From the NCBI GenBank assembly GCA_038087875.1, contig CM075994.1, positions 6,884,001 to 6,948,000 of the forward strand: 64,000 nt of DNA. The letters run 5' to 3'. Positions 12,781-25,218 of the stretch are shown piece by piece. Position 1 is the first letter of the stretch. Every line of letters starts with the position of its first letter. The notes beneath the pieces were generated by a model. The model was not told the origin of the DNA, did no database searches, and saw nothing but the letters and a program-made list of their open reading frames with translations. This DNA comes from Malacoraja senta (lineage: Eukaryota). The position numbers and the translations under genes are program-made.

Positions 12781-13701
12781 CGCTAATATCCTTCAGATCT
12801 ATCTAAATATCCGCGGGGTGACAGGGACAAGAGCGCAGCGGTCCTAACACGAAGTTATTGTGTGATTTAAACAATTATTACAAGCATTGTCTGAGCTGCA
12901 GAGTGTAACTAACAGGAATAAACTCGAATAAAGAAGTGCCTCAACACGAAACGTCGCCCATTCCTTCCCTCCAGAGATGCTCTGCCTGTCCCGCTTATTA
13001 CTCCAGCTTTTTGTATCTATCTTTGGAATAAACGTTTTCCGCGCCCGTGGCATAGCTGGTAGAGATGCTGCCTCACGGCGCTAAAGAACTGTGCGTGTGG
13101 CCTGGTATAAATGCAAAATTGTCCCTAGTGTGTGAAGGATAGTGTTAACGTGCGGGGATCGCTGGTCGGCGCGGTGGGCCGAAGGGCCTGTTTCCTCGCT
13201 GTATCACTAAACTAAACTCAACTTTAAACCAAGTTCAGCACAACTCTTAAATAACTTCCGTTACAGGGGTGCAGAATATGGTCAATAAATGAGCCAAACT
13301 CGTCCCAATTCACATACAGGGCAATTTCACTAGCACTATCCTACACACACTAGCGACAATTTGGCCCATATCCCTCTCAATCTGTCCTACCCTTGCACCT
13401 GCCTACCTGAAGAAGGGCCTCGACCCGAATCCTCACCCATTCCAGAGATGCTGCCTGTCCCGCTGAGTTCCTCCAGCTTTTTGTGTCTATCTTCGGTTTA
13501 ACCAGCATCTGCTATTCCTTCCCACACAACGGTTGTTTTTAAGTTGGGATAGCCCCTGCCTCAACTACCTCTCCGACACCTCGTTTCATACACCCACCAC
13601 CCTTTGCATCAAAGAGTAACCCTTCAGATTCCTATTAAATCAGGTACATGGTCACCAGACGAGACAAACCAAACCCGCTCCCAGTCCGGGGCCGGACCTA
13701 C

Positions 13702-14094
13702 CCGTGGTATCCCCGGAGTCTACAGCGCTGCCGGCGTCGGTCCGCACCGCTAATGTTAAGTTGCGTTTCTCCGTTCCCGCGGAGTGGCTGACGGAGAACT
13801 GGTAAACCCCGCTGTCGTTCACCCGCAAGTCCCTGAGCAGCAGCGAGCCGTTCTCCGGGAAAAGCCACGCCCGGCGTTGAAGGTCACCGTGGGCAGAGCC
13901 TAGCGGGCGAGTTGTAGAGCGGTGGCAGCGAGACCCAGTGAAGCAGGTGCATTTGGCGATAACACCCCCGTCTCTGCTCCAGGTGATCCGGAGATAACCG
14001 CCCGGCTCCGACGCTGTGTAAGACACCGGCAGGGTGACGGACTGACCGGCGCTTCCACTCACACGATCCTGATGCACCCTCAGTATCACCGAGG
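13702..14094 (-). CDS. Gene A IgV-domain exon (CD2/CEACAM/HEPACAM-like V-set, no canonical disulfide)
   Basis: Acceptor ctgtttccacctctag, donor G|gtaggt. 393 nt, phase 1-1. Motifs GQSVTLPV, ITW, LFPENGSLLLRDLRVNDSGVY and NLTLAV. Sequons NGS, NDS and NLT. Confidence 0.9.
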
Positions 14095-14129
14095 CTAGAG
14101 GTGGAAACAGGGAACGGTCTCAATGTGGG

Positions 14130-14680
14130 CAGACACAAAATGCTGGAGTAACTCAGCGGGACAGGCAACAACTCTGGAGCGAAGGAATGGGTGACGCTTC
14201 GGGTCGAGATCCTTCTTCAAACTGGTTAGGGATAAGGGAAACGAGAGAATATGGACGGTGATGTGGAGAGATAAAGAACAATGAATGAAAGATATGCAAA
14301 AAAAGTAATAAAGGATAAAGGAAACAGGCCATTGTTAGCTGTTTGCTGCGTGAGAACGAGAAGCTGGTGCGACTTGGGTGAGGGAGGGATGGAGAGAGAG
14401 TGAATGCCGGGGTTACCTGGTGAAGAAGTTGCCTATTTCCTTCGCTCCATAGATGCTGCTGCACCCGCTGAGTTTCTCCTGTACTTTTGTCTACCGTCAA
14501 TACTCATACTACTGGGCTGTAAGCTGCCCAAGCGAAATATGAGATACCTGTCCTCCAATTTGCGTTTAACTTCACTCTGACAATGGAGGAGATCCAGGAC
14601 AGAAAGGTCAGTGTGGGAATGGGTAGGGGAAATTAAAGTGTTTAGTAACTGAAAGATCAGGTAGGCCCAGGCGGACTGAG
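14130..14680 (-). mobile_element. Penelope-like element 3' remnant (GIY-YIG C-terminus plus terminal repeat)
   Basis: LHCQSEVKRKLEDRYLIFRLGSLQPSSMSID resembles the C-terminus of vertebrate Penelope ORFs. It is followed by the GAAGAAGG..CGACCCGAA..TCACCCATTCC short-repeat sequence. Confidence 0.7.
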
Positions 14681-15559
14681 AGAAGCACATACACAAGCAT
14701 TGTCTGAGCCACAGAGTGTAACTAACTGGAATAGATAACTGGAATATCTGAAGAAGGGTCTCGACCCGAAATTTCACCCATTCCTTCTCTCCAGAGATGC
14801 TGCCTGTCCCGCTGAGTTACTCCAGCATGTTGTGCCTATCTTTGGAATAAACACTCTCTATGCAGGAAGGAACTGCAGATGCTGGTTTACACCGAAGATA
14901 GACACAAAATGCTGGAGTAACTCAGCGGGACAGGCAGCATCTGTGAAGAAAAGTAATAGGAATCTGTCCAGATCCTTCTTCAGACTGAAAGTCGGGGGGA
15001 GAGATGGAAACTAGAGATATGAAAAGGTACAGAACAAATCGGCAACGGTGGCTCAGGAAAGGTGGTGCTCACAATGGCCCAGTGTTGGCTGTGGAGAGGT
15101 GATAACGAAGATATATGAACAGTGAAACTAGCAGGATTCGTACAGGTGTTAGGGGTTATGGGGAGAATGCAGGAGAACGGGGTTAGGAGGGAGAGATAGA
15201 TCAGCCATGATTGAATGGCAGAGTAGACTTGATGGGCCGAATGGCCTAATTCCGCTCCTATCTCTCGTATGATATCAGGATGACTAGGGTGGGGGAGCGA
15301 CGGAGAAATCAGTTTGGAAGAGAGATGTCACACATTCTAAACACAAAGTGCTGGAGGAACTCAGCACTCTGATGGAAAATGGATCAGTTCAGACTCATCG
15401 GGCCGAATGGCTTGTCTCCACGCTGGTGCTTCGCGCTAGTCAGGAGAATTTCGACCCGAAACGCCACCTATTCCTTTTCTCCATACTCTACTCGGTTTAA
15501 CGTGGGAACTTTATGTTCTATGGGTCACCGATTGACTGAATTGGATGGATTGAAAGCTA

Positions 15560-16575
15560 CAACATGGAAACAGGCCCTTCGGCCCGCCCAGTCCAGGCCG
15601 ACCAACATGCCCCATCTAAGCTAGTTCCAATTGCCCATGTTTGGCCCACATCCCTCTAAACCTTTCCTATCCATGTACCTGTCTAAATGTCTTTATAGAC
15701 TTCCCTCAACTACCTCCTTTGGCATGATCAGTCTGAAGAAGGGGTTCGTCCCGAAACGTTGCATATTTCCTTTGCTCCATAGATGCTGCCACACCCGCTA
15801 AGTTTCTCCAGCACTTTTGTCTACCTTCGATTTTCCAGCATCTGCAGTTCCTTCTTGAACATTTTACCTCCTTTGGCAGCTCATTCCTTACACCCACCAT
15901 TCTTTGTTTGAAAAAGTTACCCACAGGTCCCTATTAATTCATTCTCATCTCACCTAAACCTATATTCTCTGGTTCTCTATTCACCTATTCTGGGCAAAAG
16001 ACTGTGCACTCACCCTCTCATGATTTTATACACCTCTATAAAATCACCCCTCAGCTGTCTGCGCTCTATGGAATAAAATCCTAGCTTGCCCAACTTTTCA
16101 CTTTAGCTCAGGCCCTCAAGTCCTGACAACCTCCTCCCAAATCTTCCCTGCACCCTTCTCAACTTAACGACACCATTCATATAGCAGGGTGAATAAATCT
16201 GAACGTTACTCCAAATGCAGCCTCACCAACGTCTTGTAGAACTGTAACATAACATGTGAACTTCTATGCTCAATACCTTGACTGATGAAGGCCAATGTAC
16301 CAAAAACCTCCCTTACCATCCCATCAACCCGAAACGCCACTTTCAGGGAACTATGTACCTGTACTCTCTGCTCCACAACACTCCCCAGGGTCCTACCGTT
16401 CACTGTGAAGGTCCTGCCCTAGTTTGACCTCCTAAAATGCAACACCTCACACTTATCTGAATTAAACATCAACCATGCTTCTGCTCACTTACCCAGCTGA
16501 TCAAGATCCTACTGTAATTTTCGATAACCATCTTCGATATCTACAATTCCACCCACTTTAGTGTCATCTGATAAC
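15560..16575 (-). mobile_element. Degenerate CR1 fragment interrupted by a Penelope-derived short repeat
   Basis: ORFs 16206..16403 and 15706..15924 carry CR1 motifs. The insertion is at about 15725-15860. Confidence 0.7.
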
Positions 16576-17058
16576 TCGGTGCCATGAGTTTCTGGAAGGT
16601 AGTTTCTCCAACATTTTTGTCTACCTTCGGTGTCATTATGTTTAGTTTAGTTTAGTTTAGTTTAGAGATACAGCCTGGAAACAGGCCCTTCGACCCACCG
16701 TGTCCGCACTGACCTGCGATCATCCATATAAAGTTCTATCCTACACACGAGGGACAATTTACAGAGGCCAATTAACCTACAAACCTATAGACTCCGTACA
16801 GACAGCACCCGTTGTCAGGATCAAACCCGGGTCTCTGGCGCTGTAAAAGGCAGGAACTCTACCGCTGCGCCACTGTTATTGACACAAAGCCCAAGTCCCC
16901 GCACAAACCAAGCGTTGAACCTGCGGGATTTGTGAGCACGGTTCACTGGACCGTGCGCTACGCCCAAAGATTATCCCAGCAAATTCCCACAACGCGTTTC
17001 CATCCCAGCTAAATGTTGCAAACATTTGTTATTCTTATCGCTAATTGTGGAGGCTCAC

Positions 17059-17125
17059 CGCTGATGCCGGAGAGATATGTGAAGAGAGCGAGTCCGTACA
17101 TCCCAGGAGTCTCCGAAATCTGCAT
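17059..17125 (-). CDS. Gene A signal-peptide exon (MQISETPGMYGLALFTYLSGIS-A)
   Basis: ATG at 17125 and donor G|gtgagc in phase 1 joins the Ig exon in frame, giving ...SGISA/SVILRV. Candidate acceptor cttctcctcaacag at 17144. Other in-frame ATGs exist at 17182 and 17101. Confidence 0.75.
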
Positions 17126-19850
17126 CGTGCGGGTTGAGTTGAACTGTTGAGGAGAAGTTGAGTTTCTGGAAGGAAATTTCATCCGCTGTAGTTCAGTTCA
17201 GTTTAGTTTTAGAGATACAGCGTGGAAACAGGCCACCGAGTCCTCGCCGACACGCGATCCCCACACTAACACTATCCTACACACAATAGGGTCAATTTTA
17301 CAGTTATACCAAAGCCAATTAACCTACAAACTCTTCGGAGGGCGGGAGGAAGTCGAAGATCTGAGAAAACCCACGACGGGTGAACGTACAAACTCCGTAC
17401 AGATAGCACCCGTGGTCAGGATCAAACCCGGGTCTCTGGCACCGTGAGGCAGCAACTCTACCGCTGCGCCATGCAGATGAAGAAATGTCAAGAGCGTTGC
17501 TCATCTAGTTGCGGGTCGAGGGAGTGGATGAGGTTCCGGCCTCTGCAAACCAACATCAACCCTATGATCAGAAAATGGCCACAGTTTTAACGCCCCCGCC
17601 CATTCTCGCAGTTTCACTGGCCTCCTGATTAAATATTACTGATTGTATGCCTCGTTGTCACCTTCCCTTTAGCTAGCAATGAACCATTCTACATTTCCTT
17701 ATCACCATCTGCGTTGATCTGTCGTTTTCACCCATTGTCCTTCCATAGAGTCTTCCGCTCCCATGACTCTCAGTCTGGAGAAGGGTCTCGATCCGAAACG
17801 TCAACTATTCCGTTTCTCCAGAGATACTGCCTGCCCCGCTGAGTCCCTCCAGATTTTTGTGTCTGTTTTCAGTTTAAACCAGCATCTGCATTCCTTCCAA
17901 CACAACTGTTTTTTTTTAAAAGTTGGGATAGCCACTGCCTCAACTACCTTCTCCGGCAGCTCGTTCCATACACCCACCACCCTTTGTGGAAAGAGTGACC
18001 CTTCAGATTTCTATACTCCAGGTTTCTGGGTTAATAGGCCCTATAAATTGGCACTAGTGTGTCGGGAGTGAATGCGAAAGTGGGCTAACGTAGAACTAAT
18101 GTGAACTAGGGTGATCAGTGGGCCGAATGGCCTGTTTCCCTGCAGTATCTTTCTATCAAAGACACCAACCCGTTATGGTCTTCACTCACCACAATCTTTT
18201 GTGTCTATCTTTGGTTTAAACCAGCATCTGCAGTTCCTCCTTACATGACAAAGTTCTCTGAGTTGATAACATCTACCTTATCCCAATGCACAGGATTATG
18301 TTGAATTAGGGTTTGGAATTTTTGGGAAGACTTGCGAGATCCAGATTCATAAATGATAGGAGCAGAATTAAGCCACCTGGCCTACCGGGTCTCCTCTGCC
18401 ATTCGGTCATGGCTGATTAATCTTTCCCTCTCATCCCCACAGTTATAGAGTGATACAGCACGGAAACAGGCCCTTCGACCTAACTTGTCCATGGCAACCA
18501 AGATGTTGTACCATCACCATGTAGAGCACCACGTACCTACCTGTCCATGCGACCATGTACCTACCTGGCCAGTCTGAAGAAGGGTCTTAACCTGAAACCT
18601 CACCCATTCCTTCTCTCCAGAGATGCTGTCTGTCCCGCTGAGTTACTCCAGCATTTTGTGTCTATCTTTGCAACAAAGATGTTAGTCCCATTTGCCCATG
18701 CCTGGACCTTTCCTATCCAAGTACCTACCTGTCCAAAGATACAAACTGCTGGAGTAACTCAGCGGGTCAGGCAGAACAGGGCAAGTTGACGTTTCGGGTC
18801 GGAACCCTTCTTCAGACTATCCATGTTCGCCAAAGATGCTGCCTGGCCTGCTGAGTTACTCCAGCATTCTGTGTCTCGTTTTTTGGAAATCAACATTTGC
18901 AGTTTAGTTTAGTTTAGAGATACAGCGCAGATACAGTCCCCTCAGCTCACCGAGTTTGCGATGAACAGTGATCACCTCATACACTAGCACTATCCTACAC
19001 ACCAGGGACAATTTTACAATCTTTACCAAAGTCAATTACCCGACAAACTTGCAAGTCTTTGGAATGTGGGAGGAAACTGGCGCAACCCACAAGGTCACAG
19101 GGAGAATGTACAAACTCCATGCAGACAGCACCCATAGTCAGGATCGAACCTGGACATCTGGCGCTGTAAGGCAGCAACTCTACCACTGCGCCACCGTGTC
19201 GCCCTATAAGTCTGTTATTTGTACCACTCCAAATGTCTTTTAAATGTTGTCATTGTTCACTCCAGTTGGTGTTCATAAGATCATAAGTGATGAGTATAAT
19301 TTGGCCATTCAGCCCATCAAGTCTACTCCGCCATTCAATCATGGCTGATCTATCTCTCCCTCCTAACCCCATTCTCCTGCCTTCTCTCCATACCCCCTGA
19401 CACCCGTAGTAATCAATAATCTATATATCTCTGCCTTAAATATTCCACTGATTTGGCCTCCACAGCCTTCCGTGAGTTAGGGTAAGCCTTTGGATAACCT
19501 TCAAGGAAATGAATTACTACAGCACTTTGTGTCTTTGGACAGGTAGGTACATGAATAGGAAAAGTCCAGGCATGGTCAAATGGGATATATCTTGGTCGCC
19601 ATGGATAAGTTGGGTTAAAAGGGACTGTTTCCCTGCTTTGTTACTCCATAACTGTGGGGATGAGAGGGAGAGATAGATCAGCCATGACTGAATGGCACAG
19701 TAGACTCGATGGGCCGAACGGCCTAATTCTGCTCCTATCACGTATGAAGTAATGAAATGCGGTGGAACATTAGGGTCAGACTTGTGAAATTAAACTTTAA
19801 AAACTCGAACCAGTGGATTTCCCCTCTCACACCGAGCCTGACCTACTTAC

Positions 19851-19925
19851 TGAGAGGCGCCGTCCACTGGCCTGAAGACGGACGGAAAATGTGGCTTGTG
19901 GTTAACAAGTTGACAACTGCTTCTC
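19851..19925 (-). promoter_or_regulatory. Candidate non-coding first exon and proximal promoter of gene A
   Basis: Consensus donor gtaagt at 19850-19845 in a non-repeat island, with nearby TGTGGTT (RUNX-like) and CGGAAA (ETS-like) motifs. Inferred only. Confidence 0.35.
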
Positions 19926-20364
19926 GTTGAGTCATAAACCACGGAAACAGACCCTTTGGCCCATCCTGTCCACGCTGATCAAGAGGCCCCACCCACTCTA
20001 GTCCCACCAGCCAGTGTTTGGCCCATATCCTTCTAATCCTGTCCTATCTATGTACCTTGTCCAAATGTCTTATAAATGTTGTAAAAGTGCCTTCCTCAAC
20101 TATCTCCTCTGGCAGCTCATTCCGTACACCCACCACCCTCTGAGTGAACATGTTGCCCCTCAGGCCCCTATCCTGACCAGGTGCCCACTGTTCACCCTCA
20201 AATCTGGAGTCAGGCCAGGCTGCCATCATGCTGCCATCTCGTTTTGTTATATTGAGCCTTTTGCTGAATACATCAGGAAGAATGTGACATAAGTAAGGGG
20301 TCACTCAGGCAGTGGGAGCACCCAGATCAAAGCTTCCCTGAAAAATGGACATGGTCATTGCCTT

Positions 20365-20640
20365 CTGCTTAAACCAAGTCAGTTCACAGATTACGTACCA
20401 TCTGCGATTGGTTTGAACTCCGGGATAACAGAGAGGCCATGTTTTTTGGTAACAAACCTGACTAATTGCCTGTCCCCTTCGCCATCAGGCCAATTACCTT
20501 TAGTTTAGTTTAGTTGAAATGGAGCATGGAAACAGGCCCTTGGCAAGGTTTGTTACCAAAAAACATGGCCTCTCTGTTATCCCGGAGTTCAAACCAATCG
20601 CAGATGGTACGTAATCTGTGAACTGACTTGGTTTAAGCAG
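20365..20640. repeat. Perfect 95-bp inverted duplication (20365-20459 / 20546-20640), 86-bp spacer
   Basis: The arms are exact reverse complements by base-by-base reading. The second arm sits inside a SINE. Confidence 0.9.
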
Positions 20641-22244
20641 TGTGGCAACCAGCGATCCCCGCATATTAACACCATCCTACACATACTAGGGACCATTTTA
20701 AAATTTGCCAAGCCATTTAACCTACAAATCTGTGGGTGGAAACCAAAGTGGAGTGTGGGAGGAAACCCACGCAACTCACGGGGAGAACGTACAAACTGTA
20801 CAGACAGCACCCATAGTCAGGATCAAACCTGGGACTCCGGTGCTGCAAGCACTGTAAGGCAGCAACTCTACCGCTGTGCCACCCTAGGTACCAGGAATCT
20901 GGTTTGGAAGAACTGGGCAGTGTGGTGGGATTATTTTGAGTGGATGGCCAAGGGGAAACAAAATCCTATTGCTTCATTAACCCATCAACCCAATCACAAC
21001 ACAGTGGCGCAGCGTTCGAGCTCCTGCCTCACAGCACCAGAGATCCAGGTTCGATCCTGACTACAGGTGCTGTCTGTGCGGAGTTTGTATATTCATCCTG
21101 TGACATGCAGGTTTGTAGGTTAATTCATCTGTAAATTACGAGAGCAGTATAACATAGAACTGGAGCACGGGTGGTTTTTTTCAGAGATACGGTGCAGAAA
21201 CTGGCCCTTCGGCCCACGCCCATCAACGATCTCCGCACGTTAATACTATCTGACACACACTAAGGACAATATACATTTATACCAAGCCAATTAACCTACA
21301 AACCTGTGCATCTTTGCAGTGTGGGAGGAAACTAAAGATCTCAGATAAAACCCATGCAGGTCACGGGAAGAATGTACAAACTCCGTAAAGACAAGCACCC
21401 CTAGTCAGAATCGATCCTGGGTCTCTGATGCTGTAAGGCAGCAACTCTACTGCTGCGCCAACGATGATCGATGGTCAGTGTGGACTTGGTGGGCCGAAGG
21501 GGCTTGTTTCCATGTTTCTGTAAACATTAAACAATGACCTCATGTACAAATTATCCAGTTTAGTTTAGTTTATTGTCACATGTACCGAGGGACAGTGAAA
21601 AGCTTTTGTTGCATGCTATCCAGTCAGTGGAAAGACAAGACATGATTACAATCTAGCCACCCAGTGTACAGATACATGATACTAGGAAGAATGTGAATAG
21701 CATTTAAAGTCATTTAAATACATAGTGCAAATAAAGTCCAGTACAGTCCAATCAGAGATAGGCCAAGGGTCTCCAATGAGGCAGATAGTAGCTCAGGACA
21801 GCACTGTAGGTGTTGGTAGGATGGTTCAGTTGCCTGATAACAGCTAAGAAACTATCCTTGAATCTGGAGATGTGGGTTTTCACTTCTCTACCTCTTGTAT
21901 GATGGGAGACGGAAGAAGAGGGAGTGGCCAGGGTGCTATTCATCCTTGATTATGCTGGTGGTCTTGCTGAGACTGCATGAGGTGTAAATGGAGTCAATGG
22001 AAAGGAGGTTGGTTTGTGTGATGGTCTGGGCTGTGTCCACAATTCACTGCAACGTCTTGCGGTCTTGGATGGAGCTGTTCCTAAACCAAGCTGTGATGCA
22101 TCCCGATAAAATGCTTTCTATGGTGCACCTGTAGAAGTTGGTGAGAGTTGAAGGGGACATGCCAAACTTCCCAGTACTTCTAAGGAAGTAGAGGCATTGG
22201 CAAACTTAATGATTGCAAATGGGATTATTGTAGATGAATAAATT

Positions 22245-22965
22245 GCACGGGGTGGCGCTGTCTATCTTTTCGTATTTTTTGTTATTTTTAGCGTGTTTAA
22301 AAAAGTTTGTGTTAATGTTCTCTAGTTTGTTTCATGTGGGATGTGGGGGTTGGGGGAACCTTTTTTCAATCTCTTCCCTTGCCGGACATGCGATTGAATT
22401 CCGGATCGTATCTCCGGTCGCTCTGCGGCCTAACATCATAGAGCTTGCGGCCTTGCTCGAGACTGACTTTAAGCCCCACCGCGGGGGCAGTGGACTTACC
22501 ATCGGAGCCTGCGATCCCTTGCCTGGGATCGACGTTCGAACCACGGCCTGCAGATTTCAACGTTGAGGAGCACGCAGTCTCTGGTAGAGACTGATGTTGG
22601 GAAGCTCCAAGTCGCACGAGGTTCGAATAGCACCGTTCCGGGGTCCGATCGCCCGGCGCGGAGAGCTGAGACCCCCCCGACATGCGAGCTTGATCGCCCC
22701 GATGCGGAGGGCTCGAACGCCGGCTCCGGGAGCCAAGATCGATCCGACAACGGAAGGCTCGAAGCCCCCAACCGCGGGAGAACAAAGAAAGGAAGAGATT
22801 GAACTTTTTTTTCACCTTCCATCACAGTGAGGAATGTGGAGGAGTCACTGTGGTGGATATTTATGTTAAAATGTATTTTGTGTGTTTTGTTGCTTTTTAT
22901 TAGTATGACTATGGCAAATCAAATTCCTTGTACGTTGCAAACATACTTGGCTAATAGAGTATGAT
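22245..22965 (+). mobile_element. Unclassified GC/CpG-rich interspersed repeat
   Basis: The 3' part (CTTCCATCACAGTGAGGA...CACTGTGGTGGAT...) recurs at about 35860-36040. Several overlapping ORFs, none with a recognisable domain. Confidence 0.5.
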
Positions 22966-23170
22966 TATGATAGGTTGACATCGACTTGGTGGTCCAAAAA
23001 GCCTGGTTCTATCCTTTACCACTCCCATGAACCATCTCTGGTTGGCGAGATATAGATGTTTGTAGATTGGTTAAAAATACTTATGACTGGTGTGTAACCT
23101 TAATAATGGATGACACGGGTTTTGTTATTATACTACATGTATAATGATCAATATACGAATGGTGATTTAA

Positions 23171-24188
23171 TAATCACCAGGATGTTTAGGCACTAAAAAA
23201 CTCTGAAATAGGCAGGCAAAAAGGCATCGTAAAATTACAAAAAAAGGCACGAAAAGGCATTTATTGACCAAAAAATGCATAAAAAGGCATTTATTTCCAC
23301 CACCAAAATGTGGTTAAAAATGATAATATAAAGGTATACTACATTAAATGACCAAAGTTGCCTGGTTGCACATAATTACTAGCATTATCTGGTGTTAAAC
23401 TCTGCCGTCTGTCAGATAGAATATGCTTCAGTTGTGAAAAGCTTCTGTCTACCTCAGCTGAGGTCACTGGTGCATACCTGAAACAAGCATACAGACTCTA
23501 TATTCATGTCAATAACTTGTGCATTACAACTACCTTTGAGAACTTTAGCTATGTTTTGTATTTCTTCAAGATCTTCGTTAGCTGAAATCACTCTCTCACA
23601 TTTTCCTTGTATGTCTTTATCTACATCACCAGGAACTTTACGAATAGCGTCAGTTACTTTGTTGAAAACATGCAAGTTATTCACTAATGTTTCGCCATGT
23701 TTCTCATGGGAAGTGATAGCTTGTGTGAAGTTGGCAAAATTGGAAGCAATAAAAACAAGATCATGGTGGAGGGACTTTTTTTGCATGATTTCACTGACAT
23801 TGCTGACTGCAACAGATTCTTCTTCTTCAAAACAGTTGATGATTTATTTTATCTTTTCAAAATTTGCAGCATAGTAGAGTACAGCAGAGAGCCATGTACC
23901 TCCCTAGTCTAAACGGTCTGAGGAGTAGCGGAATCTTAGGTGCCATTTTCTTGAACAACTGCACACGTGATGGTGCTTTGAGGAAGATTTTCTTGACATT
24001 GGAAACTAGGCGATCAACATTTGGGAACAAGCTACGTATGTGCTTGGCAATTCTATGAAATCCTTGAGCTAAGCATGTCAAATGCAACATTTTGGGGAAT
24101 AAAACTATAAGTCACAATATTATCCTGGTGAAATCATCAAAAAAGGCATGAAAAGGCACATGGCATTTATGGCAAAATCCTGGCTCTA
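23171..24188 (-). mobile_element. Internally deleted hAT-like transposon with CGGBP1-like transposase remnant
   Basis: HLTCLAQGFHRIAKHIRSLFPNVDRLVSNVKKIFLKAPSRVQLFK (C-x-x-H-type motif), frameshifted. Subterminal AAAAGGCA repeats at both ends. Terminus TAGAGCCAGGATTTT at 24188. Confidence 0.7.
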
Positions 24189-25131
24189 GTGATTATTGTC
24201 CGTAAAATCTGTAAATGGGTAATTTCATTGTACATACTGAACAAACAGGTAAAGAAAGGAACTTGTGTTTCTACTGACTTCTGTGAGGAGGCAGAATGAA
24301 AACACAATGTCAGCATAAACTGATGAAATACTGATGTTCCATTTAATACCTAACAGCTGCCAATACTTTGTCTCCCTGCTGTGTCAAGGGAAGCAAGCCT
24401 CCGAAAGTACAAGCAAATACATGCGTTGGAAAGGATTGCTGTTTTAAGAACAACGCTGGGGAAGGGAATCCTTGACAGTTCCAGCAGGGAACATTATTGT
24501 GCAAGGGAACCACAGTGACCTCCAGGGATACAGCCAAGTAGTCTGGGCAGCCACAGGGAGAAAATTGCAAGATATGGCAAGGATCAGTAGTAGCAGACGA
24601 CAGAATGATCCTGAGGCTAGCAATCTGGCAGGCAATGAACATGCTCAGCAGGCAGAGCAGTTCAGGCATGTGTGCAAGTTTGTATTTGAGTTGAAGATAG
24701 ACACAAAAAGCTTGAGTCAGCCAGCGGGTCAGCCAGCATCCCTGGTGAAAAGGAATAGGTGACGTTTTGGGTCAAGACCCTTCTTTAGTTCACAGACTGC
24801 AGTCAGGACTATCTTCTGAGGCACACGCTCTATGGTAATTGTACCATGAGAGATCTGATTTTCACACAAATCCTTGGATAGATTAGACCTCCAGGCTCTT
24901 CACGCATGGTACCTTAAAACTATGATTCAGGTGCCTGTGACAATTTTGGCAGGTTATCAAGAATTACATTTCTTGAGGCCAAGAGACGAGATAAGCGCAA
25001 TTTTGTTCTCTCCCAGGGTAAGACCAGTTTCAGCTGCAGAGCACCATTTTTCCCACTGTAGGAGGGAAGGGTTTTCCAGGTCCCAGTCTACAGGAGGGAC
25101 ACAGAATTTGCCCTGATTGTGAGTGTCCCTT

Positions 25132-25218
25132 TTAAACGAGCTGAGGATTTTCAGGTTCAGCTGCAGGTTCAGAATGTTCTAGTCCCATGATTTGCAATTC
25201 TTGCCCTTCTCCATTACC
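25132..25218 (-). CDS. Gene B terminal coding exon (GNGEGQELQIMGLEHSEPAAEPENPQLV*)
   Basis: Acceptor ttttgtttattttag in phase 0, matching the preceding exon. TAA at 25132-25134. Candidate ATTAAA signal at 24342-24347. Confidence 0.65.
   Translation of the reverse strand, partial: GNGEGQELQIMGLEHSEPAAEPENPQLV

Noticed and set aside
13702..14094. Rearranging antigen-receptor V segment (Ig, TCR or NAR)
   Set aside because: No canonical Cys pair, the G strand is encoded in the same exon, and it ends in a splice donor rather than a recombination signal.
22234..22830. Overlapping GC-rich ORFs or a CpG-island promoter
   Set aside because: The 3' part recurs at about 35860-36040, indicating an interspersed repeat. 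No recognisable domain.
24343..24762. ORFs of about 100 aa in non-repeat sequence
   Set aside because: No domain or splice support. The position fits the 3' UTR of gene B.
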